A stretch of DNA of 64,000 nucleotides, taken from the NCBI GenBank assembly GCA_963772365.1, contig CAVYXA010000001.1, forward strand, positions 256,001 to 320,000, given 5' to 3'. This DNA comes from an uncultured Verrucomicrobiae bacterium (GTDB lineage Bacteria; Verrucomicrobiota; Verrucomicrobiia; Chthoniobacterales; UBA10450). Of this stretch, positions 41,590 through 51,404 are shown piece after piece. Position numbers and translations under genes: made by a program. A model generated the notes under the pieces. The model saw only the letters and a list, made by a program, of their open reading frames with translations, was not told where the DNA came from and made no database searches. Positions within the stretch are counted from its first letter, which is position 1. Every line of letters starts with the position of its first letter.

Positions 41590-42372
41590 ATGAACGGAAC
41601 CACCACGTTATCGCCAAGACAATCATTCGGCCAAACGATGCGGTCCGATCTTTGGTGGTTGCAGCCGCTTCTCGTCTTCATCGGATTATCGGCCTTCCTC
41701 GTTTATTCCACTTGGGCGGCGTTTCAAGGAAGGAATTACTACTTCGGTAATTACGTCTCGCCGTTTTATTCGCCGGAACTATTCGGCGATTCACCGCACA
41801 GTTGGTTCGGACCGAAACCGAGTTGGTGGCCGAGCTGGCTGTTATTTTCTCCCGCGCTGTTGATTCTCTGGGCGCCCGGCGGATTCCGGCTCACCTGCTA
41901 TTATTATAGGGGCGCATATTACAAGGCATTTTGGGCCGACCCGCCGGCCTGCACTGTGGGTGAGCCGCGCAAAACCTATCTCGGTGAACGCTCATTCCCG
42001 CTCATTATGCAGAATGTGCATCGCTACTTTCTTTACGTCGCGATCATCTTCATCGGGATTCTCGCTTACGACGCGTGGAAGGCGCTCTGGTTTGATGGGA
42101 AGTTCGGCATTGGAATTGGCACGATTGTTCTCGCGATCAATGTGTATCTGCTCGGCGGTTATACATTTGGCTGTCATTCACTCCGGCATTTGATCGGCGG
42201 ATTCCGCGATCAGCTTTCAAGATCGACAACCTATCGCGCTTATCGCTGCGTGACTTGTCTGAATCAGCGCCACATGCTCTGGGCCTGGATGAGTCTGTTT
42301 TGGGTCGGCTTCACCGATCTTTACGTGCGGCTTTGCTCGATGGGCATCTGGCACGATTTGCGTCTGATCTGA
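41590..42372 (+). CDS. Succinate dehydrogenase membrane anchor (mycobacterial Sdh1/Rv0249c type)
   Basis: FRLTCYYYR.AYY, QN.HRY, GCHSLRH and H..WAW.SL motifs. Confidence 0.8.
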   Translation: MNGTTTLSPRQSFGQTMRSDLWWLQPLLVFIGLSAFLVYSTWAAFQGRNYYFGNYVSPFYSPELFGDSPHSWFGPKPSWWPSWLLFSPALLILWAPGGFRLTCYYYRGAYYKAFWADPPACTVGEPRKTYLGERSFPLIMQNVHRYFLYVAIIFIGILAYDAWKALWFDGKFGIGIGTIVLAINVYLLGGYTFGCHSLRHLIGGFRDQLSRSTTYRAYRCVTCLNQRHMLWAWMSLFWVGFTDLYVRLCSMGIWHDLRLI

Positions 42373-42622
42373 TTTGCAAGAATTCGCAACCGAATCGGGG
42401 TGAAGCCATTGACGGCTTTACCAATCGCGTTCGATCGCCGCTGCGAACCGCGGCAGCATTTCCCCGCTATGCCGCTGGCGAAGTCTTGGCGATAGCGCTT
42501 CCTTGCGATGGAAGGGGCTTTGGTGAGGCGCTACGTCGCGGCAAGAGTAGCAACGGGCTTTTACGCGAAGGTCTGATTTTCCGCAGGTCCTGCTCGCGAC
42601 ATAAACTGGGAAAAAAAATTAT

Positions 42623-42654
42623 TTGACAACTGTGTTCCAGTAGTGCATATACAC
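42623..42654 (+). promoter_or_regulatory. marR promoter (-35 TTGACA) with palindromic operator GTGCATATACAC
   Basis: The operator recurs as its reverse complement at 43146-43157. Confidence 0.6.
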
Positions 42655-42659
42655 ACCAC

Positions 42660-43100
42660 ATGGCAAAAGAACTGGATATGACGGCGGCGGAAAACTGCGT
42701 GTGCTTCAACCTGCGTTGGGTGACACGGGCAGTGACGCAGTTTTATGACGCGGAAATGCGGCGGCATGGAATTCGTCCCACGCAAGGCACAATCCTGGCG
42801 TCGTTGCAAACCAAGGACAGTTGGAACATGGCGGAGTTGAGCGACTGGCTGGGAATGGATCGCACGACGCTCGTGCGGAATCTCCGGCCATTGCAGCGGG
42901 ACGGTTTCGTAAAGGCCATCGGCGGCGGGCGCGGCAATCGGGTGGAACTCACGATCACAACAAAAGGCCGAAAACAGATTGCGAAGCTGGCGCCGGCCTG
43001 GAAGTCCGCTCAAAGCGCTGCGGTCAAAACTCTCGGTGAAAAGCGCTGGTCCGCCATTCTTGCCGATCTCGAAACGGCGGCGCTGGCTCTGAACAAATAA
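42660..43100 (+). CDS. MarR-family regulator
   Basis: C.CFNLR...R.VTQ.YD, MDRTTL.RNL and LT.T.KG. Confidence 0.9.
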   Translation: MAKELDMTAAENCVCFNLRWVTRAVTQFYDAEMRRHGIRPTQGTILASLQTKDSWNMAELSDWLGMDRTTLVRNLRPLQRDGFVKAIGGGRGNRVELTITTKGRKQIAKLAPAWKSAQSAAVKTLGEKRWSAILADLETAALALNK

Positions 43101-43151
43101 CAAAACCCTGAATGCCTTCCAAGGCGATCAACTAGAAACTAAATAGTGTAT

Positions 43152-43967
43152 ATGCACACAACATTGACAAACAAAGTCACCCTCGTCACCGGAGCTTCCT
43201 CCGGTATTGGCCGAGAAATCGCTCAACTCCTCGCGCAGCGAGGCGCTCGTGTCTTCGGCACGGCCCGCGATCCAAAATCCGCGAAACCCATCCCTGGCGT
43301 GGAGATCGTCCGCATGGACGTGACGGATGACGCCAGCGTCAGCGAAGCGATTCAAGGAATTGTTCAGAAAGCAGGCCCCGTTGAGGTTCTGGTGAACAAC
43401 GCCGGTTACGGCCTCACGGGGGCGTTGGAGGAAACAACCCTCAAGGAAGCACGAGACCAATTTGAAACCAATTTCTTTGGCGTGCTGCGGGTGACCAACG
43501 CCGTGCTGGCCCGGATGCGGCAAGCTGGCTACGGTCGCATCGTCAACATCAGCTCGGTGGTCGGTTTCATCCCCGCCCCATTCATGGGCATGTATGCTGC
43601 GAGCAAGCACGCGGTCGAGGGCTACACCGAGACCTTGGATCATGAAGTGAGGCAATTCGGTGTGCGCGCGGTGTTGATCCAACCCTCTTATACCAAGAGC
43701 AACATCAACCAGAACGAGAAGACCGCCCAAACCAACCTCGAAGCCTATGCGGTTCACCGGCAGCGCATGCACGAGGTGGTGGAGAAAGGCGTCGAGCATG
43801 GGGATGAACCGCAGCTCGTGGCAGAAGCCGTTTGGCGCGCGGTGACGGCGAAATCGCCCCGGCTGCGTTATCCGGTTGGCAAGGGCGTCCTTTTGAGCCG
43901 ACTGCGCCGTTTTGCTCCTGTCGCTCTATTCGACCGGGCTATTCGAAAAGCATCCAGTCTGAACTGA
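43152..43967 (+). CDS. Short-chain dehydrogenase/reductase
   Basis: TGASSGIG, NNAG and YAASK. Confidence 0.92.
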   Translation: MHTTLTNKVTLVTGASSGIGREIAQLLAQRGARVFGTARDPKSAKPIPGVEIVRMDVTDDASVSEAIQGIVQKAGPVEVLVNNAGYGLTGALEETTLKEARDQFETNFFGVLRVTNAVLARMRQAGYGRIVNISSVVGFIPAPFMGMYAASKHAVEGYTETLDHEVRQFGVRAVLIQPSYTKSNINQNEKTAQTNLEAYAVHRQRMHEVVEKGVEHGDEPQLVAEAVWRAVTAKSPRLRYPVGKGVLLSRLRRFAPVALFDRAIRKASSLN

Positions 43968-44043
43968 TTCTTCAAACCTCGCAGGAAGACAAACGTTTCA
44001 TAAGCAATTTCAACTCGATTGATTGATGACGGAGATGAACCAA

Positions 44044-44830
44044 ATGAAAACAATAGACAAAACCTGGGTTCTCATCACGGGCGCATCGAGTGGCTTCGGC
44101 GAGGAGTTCGCCCGCCAATATGCCGGGCAAGGCCATTCGCTCGTTCTGGTCGCGCGCCGGCTGGATCGGCTGCAAAAACTCGCCGAGGAGCTGCGGCGGC
44201 AGTTCAGTGTCGAGGTCGTCGTGGAGCAGGTAGATCTTTCAGATGTTGCGGCAATCATCCAATTGCATCAGCGACTTCGCGAGCGGGACATTGCGATTGA
44301 CATCCTGATCAACAACGCAGGCCACGGTCTGCAAGGAGCATTCATCGACAGCAAACTTGATGCGGCGTTGGCGATGGTGCAGCTCGACATCGCGAGCCTG
44401 ACTGCGATCACCCACATCTTTGCACAAGATATGCGGAAGCGAGGACGCGGGAAGATTCTGCTGGTCGCAAGTATGCTGGCCTATCAGGGGGTGGAGAACT
44501 TCGCCGTGTATTCAGCCGCCAAGGCTTTCGTGCTGCGCCTGGGTGAAGCTCTTCATCGCGAACTCAAGCGCGATGGCGTCACGGTCACGACGCTTTGTCC
44601 CGGCATGTCGGACACCGGATTCGCCACCGCAGCGCAACAGAAGCTCACACCCGCATTGAAGTTATTCATGATGCGGGCCCGCGCCTGTGGTGCGCGCCAG
44701 CATCCGTGCGTCGCAGTCCGGGCGCATCAGTGTCGTCCCGGGCTGGGCCAACAAAGCAGCCGTAATCTTTATGTGGGCCACACCACGCTGGCTGCATCAG
44801 GCCATGTTCGCGCGCGTCATGAGCGCATGA
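44044..44830 (+). CDS. Short-chain dehydrogenase/reductase; 1-nt frameshift near 44676
   Basis: TGASSGFG, NNAG and YSAAK; removing one G gives MMRPAPVVRAS...VVPGWANK...stop at 44830. Confidence 0.85.
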
Positions 44831-44864
44831 ACCGCATGATCCGAAAGGAGACACGAAACCATTT

Positions 44865-45866
44865 ATGAAAGCACTCGTCTTGAAACGATACGGCGGGCCC
44901 GATCAGGTCGCGTTCGCCGACATTCCCCGGCCTGCGCTAAAGCCGGACGAAATTCTCGTCCAGGTCCACGCCGCTGGCTTGAATCCGATTGATTACGCGA
45001 TTCCGAAAGGAACGTTTAAGGCCATCCTCAAGTTGCAGCTTCCGGCCACGCTGGGCAGCGATTTGGCGGGCGTCGTGGTGGAGGTGGGAAATCGCGTGAC
45101 TCGCTACAAGCCGGGCAATGCGGTCTTCGCGAGCATCTTTGATTTGGGCATAGGCTCGCTCGCTGAGTTTGCGGTCGTGCCCGAGAACGCCGCCGCGCTT
45201 AAACCGTCGAATCTGGACTTCGTGCAGGCGGCTTCGATTCCGATGGTCGGGCTCACATCGTGGCAAGCGCTGAAGGAACGTGCAAAACTCAAGCCCGGCC
45301 AAAAGGTGTTCATTCCCGCAGGCTCGGGCGGCATTGGCACGTTCGCAATCCAACTTGCGAAGCACCTCGGCGCAATAGTGGGGACGACCACGAGCACGGG
45401 TAACGTGGAATTGGTGAAGAGTCTCGGGGCGGATGAGGTGATTGATTACAAGAAACAGGAATTTGAAGACGTGTTGCGAAACTACGACGCCGTGCTCGGC
45501 ACTGTGAGAGGCAATGCGCTCGAGAAATCACTCGGGATTTTGAAGTCCGGGAGCAGCGTTGTCTCGCTCGTCGGACCACCGGACGCCGCCTTTGCTCGCG
45601 GACGTGACATGGGTCTTTTCTTCACATTCCTCTTCGGCTTGTTGAGTCGTAAGATCATTCGCCAAACCAGGAAACGCGGCGGCGAGTATTCATTTCTGTT
45701 CGTTCATCCGGACGGCGGCCAACTCGCGCAAATTGGCAAGCTGCTCGACGCGGGAACGATTCGGCCGGTAATCGACAAAGTATTTCCGTTCGATCAAACG
45801 AAGGAAGCGCTGGCGTATCTCGAAAAGGGCCGGGCCAAAGGAAAGGTTGTCGTGCAACTCCTATGA
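44865..45866 (+). CDS. NADP-dependent oxidoreductase (MDR/quinone-oxidoreductase type)
   Basis: AAGLNPID, AGSGGIG and GRAKGKVV. Confidence 0.9.
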   Translation: MKALVLKRYGGPDQVAFADIPRPALKPDEILVQVHAAGLNPIDYAIPKGTFKAILKLQLPATLGSDLAGVVVEVGNRVTRYKPGNAVFASIFDLGIGSLAEFAVVPENAAALKPSNLDFVQAASIPMVGLTSWQALKERAKLKPGQKVFIPAGSGGIGTFAIQLAKHLGAIVGTTTSTGNVELVKSLGADEVIDYKKQEFEDVLRNYDAVLGTVRGNALEKSLGILKSGSSVVSLVGPPDAAFARGRDMGLFFTFLFGLLSRKIIRQTRKRGGEYSFLFVHPDGGQLAQIGKLLDAGTIRPVIDKVFPFDQTKEALAYLEKGRAKGKVVVQLL

Positions 45867-45980
45867 AGGCTAGCGTCAGCACCGTGCCAACGGCTGTGCC
45901 TCCGATCAGCACACAGGCGATGGGATCCGCTGATGGAATCATCGCAGAATTGCGATAGGCACCGCAGAATCGTGAGAGAA

Positions 45981-46070
45981 GGATTCCTCAACACGAGCCC
46001 GAGTTTTTTCGCGACGGTCTTACGGCGCGTGACCGGTCTGACACCGATAAAGTTCCGGAACGCATTCTAA
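45981..46070 (+). pseudogene. Remnant of an AraC-family HTH C-terminus
   Basis: TSPSFFATVLRRVTGLTPIKFR matches the AraC signature S.F...F.R..G.TP..FR. Confidence 0.55.
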
Positions 46071-46200
46071 AGGGGCGCTGGCGCATCGGCGCGTCGCCGG
46101 CGATCGATGCACTGACTATTGAGTGAGCCACGGCGGCGCAATATTCTCGCATCAAAGCTGAGCGCATTGATGCCACACGTTAGCAGCTACGGCCGATCTG

Positions 46201-46308
46201 AGCGCCGTGCCGAAAACGGCGATGACCCACATCGCCATTCAGGAAGCGTTCAATGGCAAAGTCGTCGAGTAGTTTGACAACGTGACTGGCGAGCACCCCG
46301 GCGAGTAA
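46201..46308 (+). pseudogene. Remnant of a cupin-protein C-terminus
   Basis: SAVPKTAMTHIAIQEAFNGKVVE*FDNV; TAG where Trp is expected; no N-terminus. Confidence 0.6.
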
Positions 46309-46356
46309 TTGTCGATCTTGAGCGAATCCGCATTCGCATTTAGAAGTGGGAGCGCG

Positions 46357-48171
46357 ATGGCCGAATACGACACTTTCACACACGACGTTTTGATCATCGG
46401 CTCCGGCGGAGCGGGATTGCGCGCGGCGATCGAAGCCTCGGCTGCGGGCGTTTCTGTCGGCATGGTTTGCAAATCCTTGTTAGGCAAAGCGCACACGGTG
46501 ATGGCCGAGGGCGGGATTGCTGCGGCGCTGGCGAATGTCGATGATCGCGACAATTGGAAAGTCCATTTCGCCGATACGATGCGCGGCGGCCAATACGTGA
46601 ACAATTGGCGGATGGCGGAGCTGCACGCGAAGGAAGCGCCGGATCGAGTGCGTGAACTCGAAGCCTGGGGTGCGGTTTTCGACCGAACGAAAGACGGCCG
46701 AATTCTTCAGAGAAATTTCGGCGGCCACAAGTATCCACGGCTAGCGCATGTGGGCGATCGGACCGGGCTCGAGATGATTCGGACTTTGCAGGATCACGGA
46801 GTCCACCGCGGAATCGATGTCCACATGGAGATTTGTATCACTTCGTTGTTGAAGGATGGAGAGCGTTGCATTGGCGCGTTTGGATACAATCGAGAACGCG
46901 GTCGCTTCAAGATCTTTCACGCGCGAGCGGTCGTGCTGGCGACGGGAGGGATCGGCAAAGCTTACAAGATCACGAGCAACAGTTGGGATTGTACGGGCGA
47001 CGGTCACTCGCTTGCCTATCACGCAGGCGCTGCATTAATCGACATGGAGTATGTCCAATTTCACCCCACGGGAATGGTCTGGCCACCGAGCGTGGCAGGG
47101 ATGCTCGTGACCGAAGGCGTGCGCGGCGAAGGCGGAATCCTAACGAATGCCGATGGCAAACGTTTCATGTTCGATTCGATACCCGACAACTACAAAGCCC
47201 AGACCGCCGACAACGAAGAGGAAGGCTGGCGCTACACACAGGGTGACAGAAATGCGCGGCGTCCGCCGGAGCTACTGACTCGCGATCACGTGGCGCGTTG
47301 CATCGTGCGCGAGATCAAGGAAGGGCGGGGGACACCGCACGGTGGCGTTTATCTCGACATTTCATGGATCAAGAAAAAACTTCCGAACGCGGAAGAACAC
47401 ATCAAACGCAAATTGCCGAGCATGTATCATCAGTTTAAAGCGCTCGGCGATATCGATATTACCGATGAAGCGATGGAAGTCGGCCCGACCACGCATTACA
47501 TCATGGGCGGCGTGCACGTGAACGCGGATACGCAAATGTCCGATGTGCCGGGATTATTCGCTGCTGGCGAATGCGCTGCCGGAATCAATGGGGCAAACCG
47601 GCTTGGCGGGAATTCGCTCTCCGATTTGATCGTGTTCGGTAAACGGGCCGGCGAATACGCGGCGAAGTTCGCGAAAGAGAATCCGCACGGCGGGATCGAC
47701 AACAACAACAAGATCGACAATTACGCGCGCGAAGCGTTGCGCCCATTCGAAAATGATCGGGGAGAAAACCCGTATTCGGTCCAGCGCGATCTCCAGGAGA
47801 TCATGCAGCATAATGTCGGCATCGTGCGTGATGAAGGCGAGATGTTGTCGGCGCTCGAGCACATCAAAGCATTTACAGAACGCGCCGCGAAAGTAGGTGT
47901 GATCGGTAATCGTGATTTTAATCCGGGTTGGCACACTGCTCTAGATCTAAAGAATTTGCTTACCGTCTCGGAGGCAATTACGCGAGCTGCCTTGGAAAGA
48001 AAAGAGAGCCGGGGCGCTCAATTTCGAGAAGATTATCCAAACAAGGACGACAAATTTTCCAAGGTGAACACAATAATCCGAAACGCCAATGATGGTTTAA
48101 TGGAAGTTCGTCTGGAACCGCTGCCGGAAATGCCGGATTATTTAAAGCAGGTTGTCGAAGAGAATCGTTAA
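46357..48171 (+). CDS. sdhA: Succinate dehydrogenase/fumarate reductase flavoprotein
   Basis: GSGGAG, AHTVMAEGG, QFHPT, HY.MGG, GANRLGGNSL and RKESRG. Confidence 0.95.
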   Translation: MAEYDTFTHDVLIIGSGGAGLRAAIEASAAGVSVGMVCKSLLGKAHTVMAEGGIAAALANVDDRDNWKVHFADTMRGGQYVNNWRMAELHAKEAPDRVRELEAWGAVFDRTKDGRILQRNFGGHKYPRLAHVGDRTGLEMIRTLQDHGVHRGIDVHMEICITSLLKDGERCIGAFGYNRERGRFKIFHARAVVLATGGIGKAYKITSNSWDCTGDGHSLAYHAGAALIDMEYVQFHPTGMVWPPSVAGMLVTEGVRGEGGILTNADGKRFMFDSIPDNYKAQTADNEEEGWRYTQGDRNARRPPELLTRDHVARCIVREIKEGRGTPHGGVYLDISWIKKKLPNAEEHIKRKLPSMYHQFKALGDIDITDEAMEVGPTTHYIMGGVHVNADTQMSDVPGLFAAGECAAGINGANRLGGNSLSDLIVFGKRAGEYAAKFAKENPHGGIDNNNKIDNYAREALRPFENDRGENPYSVQRDLQEIMQHNVGIVRDEGEMLSALEHIKAFTERAAKVGVIGNRDFNPGWHTALDLKNLLTVSEAITRAALERKESRGAQFREDYPNKDDKFSKVNTIIRNANDGLMEVRLEPLPEMPDYLKQVVEENR

Positions 48172-48183
48172 GGCGTTGGGAAC

Positions 48184-48678
48184 GTGAATCGAGAATCGTT
48201 ACATCGTGAATCGGCCGGGAAATCGCGTAGGCGAATTTCGACGTTCGAGGATTTGGAAGTTTATCAAGTCGCACGGGAGTTTCGAGAGAAGAGGTACCAG
48301 GTATCGAGGCGATTGCCCGATGTCGAAAAGTTCGGTATGGCCTCGCAAATTCGACGCGCGGCCCTTTCACTGACGAACAACATCGCTGAAGGACACGGAC
48401 GCTATCATTATCTGGATCAAATCAAGTTTATGTTGCAGTCACGTGGCTCGTTAGAGGAACTGATCGACGATTTGAACGCGTCTGATGACGAAAATTATTT
48501 GCCTATGCCGGAAATCGGCGCGCTGAAAGAGCAAGGCTGGCGGGTCCGACAGCTGATCGACGGCTACATACGCTATCTGAGAGAACAGAACAGGTCAGAT
48601 AAGTCCTCATCAATCCGAGAAACATCGCCCGCTTACGGCGAGGACGCGGATCTTCTCGATGTAACGATTAACGGATGA
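48184..48678 (+). CDS. Four-helix-bundle protein (23S rRNA IVS protein/TIGR02436 family)
   Basis: FEDLEVY, QIRRAA.S...NIAEG.GR and RGSL.E; ATGA overlap with sdhB; both ends made of 7-8-bp repeats. Confidence 0.9.
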   Translation: MNRESLHRESAGKSRRRISTFEDLEVYQVAREFREKRYQVSRRLPDVEKFGMASQIRRAALSLTNNIAEGHGRYHYLDQIKFMLQSRGSLEELIDDLNASDDENYLPMPEIGALKEQGWRVRQLIDGYIRYLREQNRSDKSSSIRETSPAYGEDADLLDVTING

Positions 48679-49442
48679 ATACGGCAGTTTTCCGAATTTG
48701 GCGCGGCGACGCGAATGGCGGCGAGTTTCGCGACTATGAAACCGGCGTCTCCGAAGGGATGGTCGTGCTCGATGCGGTGAATCATATTCAGGCGACACAA
48801 GCGAACGATCTGGCTTGTCGATGGAACTGCAAAGCCGGCAAATGCGGTTCGTGTTCGGCGGAAATCAACGGAATGCCCAAACTTATGTGCATGACGCGAT
48901 TGAGCGACCTCCCACTGGAGAAACCTGTGACGGTCCAGCCGATGAAAGCTTTTCCGAACGTGAAAGATCTGATTACCGACGTTTCCTGGAACTTCGCGGT
49001 GAAAAAGAAAATTAAGCCGTTTACGCCGCGTCCGCCGGATGCGCCGGACGGCACGTGGCGGATGCAACAGAAAGACATCGATCGGGTCCAGGAATTCCGG
49101 AAGTGCATTGAATGCTTTTTATGTCAGGACGTCTGCCATGTGCTGCGCGATCATCAGATGCACGACCGATTCATTGGTCCGCGCTTTCTCATTTACACGG
49201 CGGCATTGGAGATGCATCCGCTTGACGTCGAAGATCGCACCGAGGAATTGCGCAATGCCCACGGTATCGGCTACTGCAACATTACGAAATGTTGCACCAA
49301 GGTTTGCCCCGAAAGCATTCACATCACTGACAACGGCATCATTCCATTAAAGGAGCGGGTGGCGGACAACTTCTATGATCCCCTGGGTTGGTTTTGGCGA
49401 TGGTTGAAGAGGAGGAGCGATTCCGTGAATCGAGAATCGTGA
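48675..49442 (+). CDS. sdhB: Succinate dehydrogenase iron-sulfur subunit
   Basis: CKAGKCGSC, CIECFLCQDVC and CNITKCCTKVCP. Confidence 0.95.
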   Translation: MNTAVFRIWRGDANGGEFRDYETGVSEGMVVLDAVNHIQATQANDLACRWNCKAGKCGSCSAEINGMPKLMCMTRLSDLPLEKPVTVQPMKAFPNVKDLITDVSWNFAVKKKIKPFTPRPPDAPDGTWRMQQKDIDRVQEFRKCIECFLCQDVCHVLRDHQMHDRFIGPRFLIYTAALEMHPLDVEDRTEELRNAHGIGYCNITKCCTKVCPESIHITDNGIIPLKERVADNFYDPLGWFWRWLKRRSDSVNRES

Positions 49443-49538
49443 ATTGTGAATCGATTTGCCTTCGGCCCGATTCACGATGTAACAATGTAACGAATCCCGC
49501 CTTCTTTCGATGTAACGATTTAGCGATTCACGAATTAC
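49424..49538. repeat. Gene-less inverted arrays of the same 7-8-bp units that flank the four-helix-bundle gene
   Basis: gtgaatc gagaatc gtgaatt gtgaatc ... gattcac gatgtaac aatgtaac ... gatgtaac gatttagc gattcac gaattac. Confidence 0.85.
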
Positions 49539-49548
49539 GAGCGAAGCC

Positions 49549-50049
49549 ATGCCTGAGCTGAAATCCCTCCACAAAGGCGCCATTCCGGCCGCGCTCGAAA
49601 AAGCGGAGCGCTACCGTTTGCTCAATGAGCCGGGCGAAGCGGAGAGCATCTGCCTCGACATTCTTGATGTCGATCCTGAGAACCGGCAGGCGATCATAAC
49701 ATTGCTGCTTGCCCTAACGGATCGGTTTGAAAGGGGCTATGGTGTAAGCGATACCCAGGCGAAAGAATTGCTCTCCCGGATGAAGTCCGATTACGACCGG
49801 GCGTATTATTCGGGAATTGTCGCGGAGCGACGTGCCAAAATGAAGCTGCGCCAAAACACTCCCGACTGCCGGTTTCAAGCTTACGATCTTTTGCGCGAAG
49901 CAATGAGCTGTTTTGAGAGGGCGGAACCGATTCGGCCAGCTGGCCATGATGATGCGATTTTGCGATGGAATACCTGCGCGCGGATCATCCAGCGCAATCA
50001 TCTTATGCCGCGAGAACCGGAAGAGCGGATCGAATTACCGCTCGAATAA
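49549..50049 (+). CDS. Hypothetical helical (TPR-like) protein downstream of sdhB
   Basis: 166-aa ORF with host-like codon usage; YRLLNEP..AESIC.D and RWNTC. Confidence 0.7.
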   Translation: MPELKSLHKGAIPAALEKAERYRLLNEPGEAESICLDILDVDPENRQAIITLLLALTDRFERGYGVSDTQAKELLSRMKSDYDRAYYSGIVAERRAKMKLRQNTPDCRFQAYDLLREAMSCFERAEPIRPAGHDDAILRWNTCARIIQRNHLMPREPEERIELPLE

Positions 50050-50110
50050 GCTTAGAACTGGCTGGCTTTTGACCTGAAGAGAGGCTCAACGAAAAAGAAG
50101 AGAAAGCTCA

Positions 50111-50488
50111 CTATTTCAAAACCGGCGTATCACCATGAATCCACCCGGCTGTGAATGTGTAAGTTACGCCAGGCGTGACATCGATGTGCCGAACAACTTT
50201 TGGTCCTAACCCGCCAGAAATCGGAGCGGGTTGGATGGCAATGTCATGCGGACCGGGGGCCAACCGGCCTTTATAACTTGCGCCGTAGGGGAGAATGGCA
50301 ACGGTCACTCCATCGACGTAGACGATTACGTTCTCGTTATTACCATAATTTGCAGCGCGTCTGATGATTAGATGGCCATCGGATTGAGAATTCCCGAATG
50401 GATAGCCGACGATCACGCGTCCACCCTGAACCTTGCTGAAGGTCCATATGCACAAAACTGTAAGAAGCAACAACAGAGAACGTTTCAT
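50111..50488 (-). CDS. Small secreted beta-sandwich hypothetical protein
   Basis: Signal peptide; VYVDG...L.PG.H.I. Confidence 0.6.
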   Translation of the reverse strand: MKRSLLLLLTVLCIWTFSKVQGGRVIVGYPFGNSQSDGHLIIRRAANYGNNENVIVYVDGVTVAILPYGASYKGRLAPGPHDIAIQPAPISGGLGPKVVRHIDVTPGVTYTFTAGWIHGDTPVLK

Positions 50489-50621
50489 ATTTCACTATCG
50501 AGCAAGAAATGCCGAATCCATAACGCAAAGCCAGTTTTTCTTTTCGCGCAGCGACGCGAGAAAGGCGGCTTACGTTAACAACTTGAGCAAGCGTTAGCTC
50601 AAGACAGAATTACATTTCGCC

Positions 50622-51404
50622 ATGCTTTTTGGTTTCCTGAAGCAACGCCGAAGACACTGGTTGCGATCCCAGCCGTTCCGCAGTGAATGGATGCAAACGG
50701 TGACACGTAACCTCCCTTTTTTTCACAGGCTTTCCGGAGCCGATCAGGCCGAGCTTCTGGGGCACATCCAGGTGTTTCTCGCGGAGAAACGGTTCGAAGG
50801 TTGTGACGGTCTGGAACTCAGTGACGAGATGCGCGTCACCATCGCAGCCCAGGCGTGCCTCCTTCTTTTGCATCGCAAAACGGATTATTTCCCGCGGCTG
50901 GTTACAATTCTCGTTTATCCTTCGGCTTACATGGTCGATCAGCACCGGCATGTGGAAGGTCCGATCTGGGAAGAAGGAAAAATGGCGCGTTTGGGAGAGA
51001 GCGGTCAACGAATGGGGACCGTTGTTCTGGCATGGGACGCAGTGCAATCCGGCGCGGCTGACCCGGGGGATGGCAAGAACCTCGTCGTGCATGAGTTTGC
51101 GCATCTGCTCGATTACGAAAACGATGCCGCTGATGGCGCGCCTGCATTGGCAACTCGGGAACAACAAACGTCGTGGCGAGATGTGATGAGAATGGAGTTT
51201 GCATCGTTGCGAGCCGCGGACGAAACGGGCATTCCCATGCTCCTCGACAATTACGGCGCGACTAACCCAGCGGAATTTTTCGCTGTCGCAACGGAAGCTT
51301 TTTTTGAGCGTCCTAGGTCGCTCCGGGCCTATCACCCGAAGTTGTACGCCGAATTGACGGGATATTTTCAGCAGGACCCGACCGAATATTCCGCTGAACG
51401 CTAA
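50622..51404 (+). CDS. MtfA/peptidase M90-family zinc protein
   Basis: IAAQACL, HEFAH.LD and Y.ATNPAEFFAVATE.FFE. Confidence 0.9.
   Translation: MLFGFLKQRRRHWLRSQPFRSEWMQTVTRNLPFFHRLSGADQAELLGHIQVFLAEKRFEGCDGLELSDEMRVTIAAQACLLLLHRKTDYFPRLVTILVYPSAYMVDQHRHVEGPIWEEGKMARLGESGQRMGTVVLAWDAVQSGAADPGDGKNLVVHEFAHLLDYENDAADGAPALATREQQTSWRDVMRMEFASLRAADETGIPMLLDNYGATNPAEFFAVATEAFFERPRSLRAYHPKLYAELTGYFQQDPTEYSAER

Noticed and set aside
42380..42620. ORFs between the sdh anchor gene and marR
   Set aside because: No recognisable motifs in any frame.
48184..48678. Diversity-generating retroelement (Avd-like fold)
   Set aside because: No reverse transcriptase and no TR/VR pair differing at adenines seen in the window.
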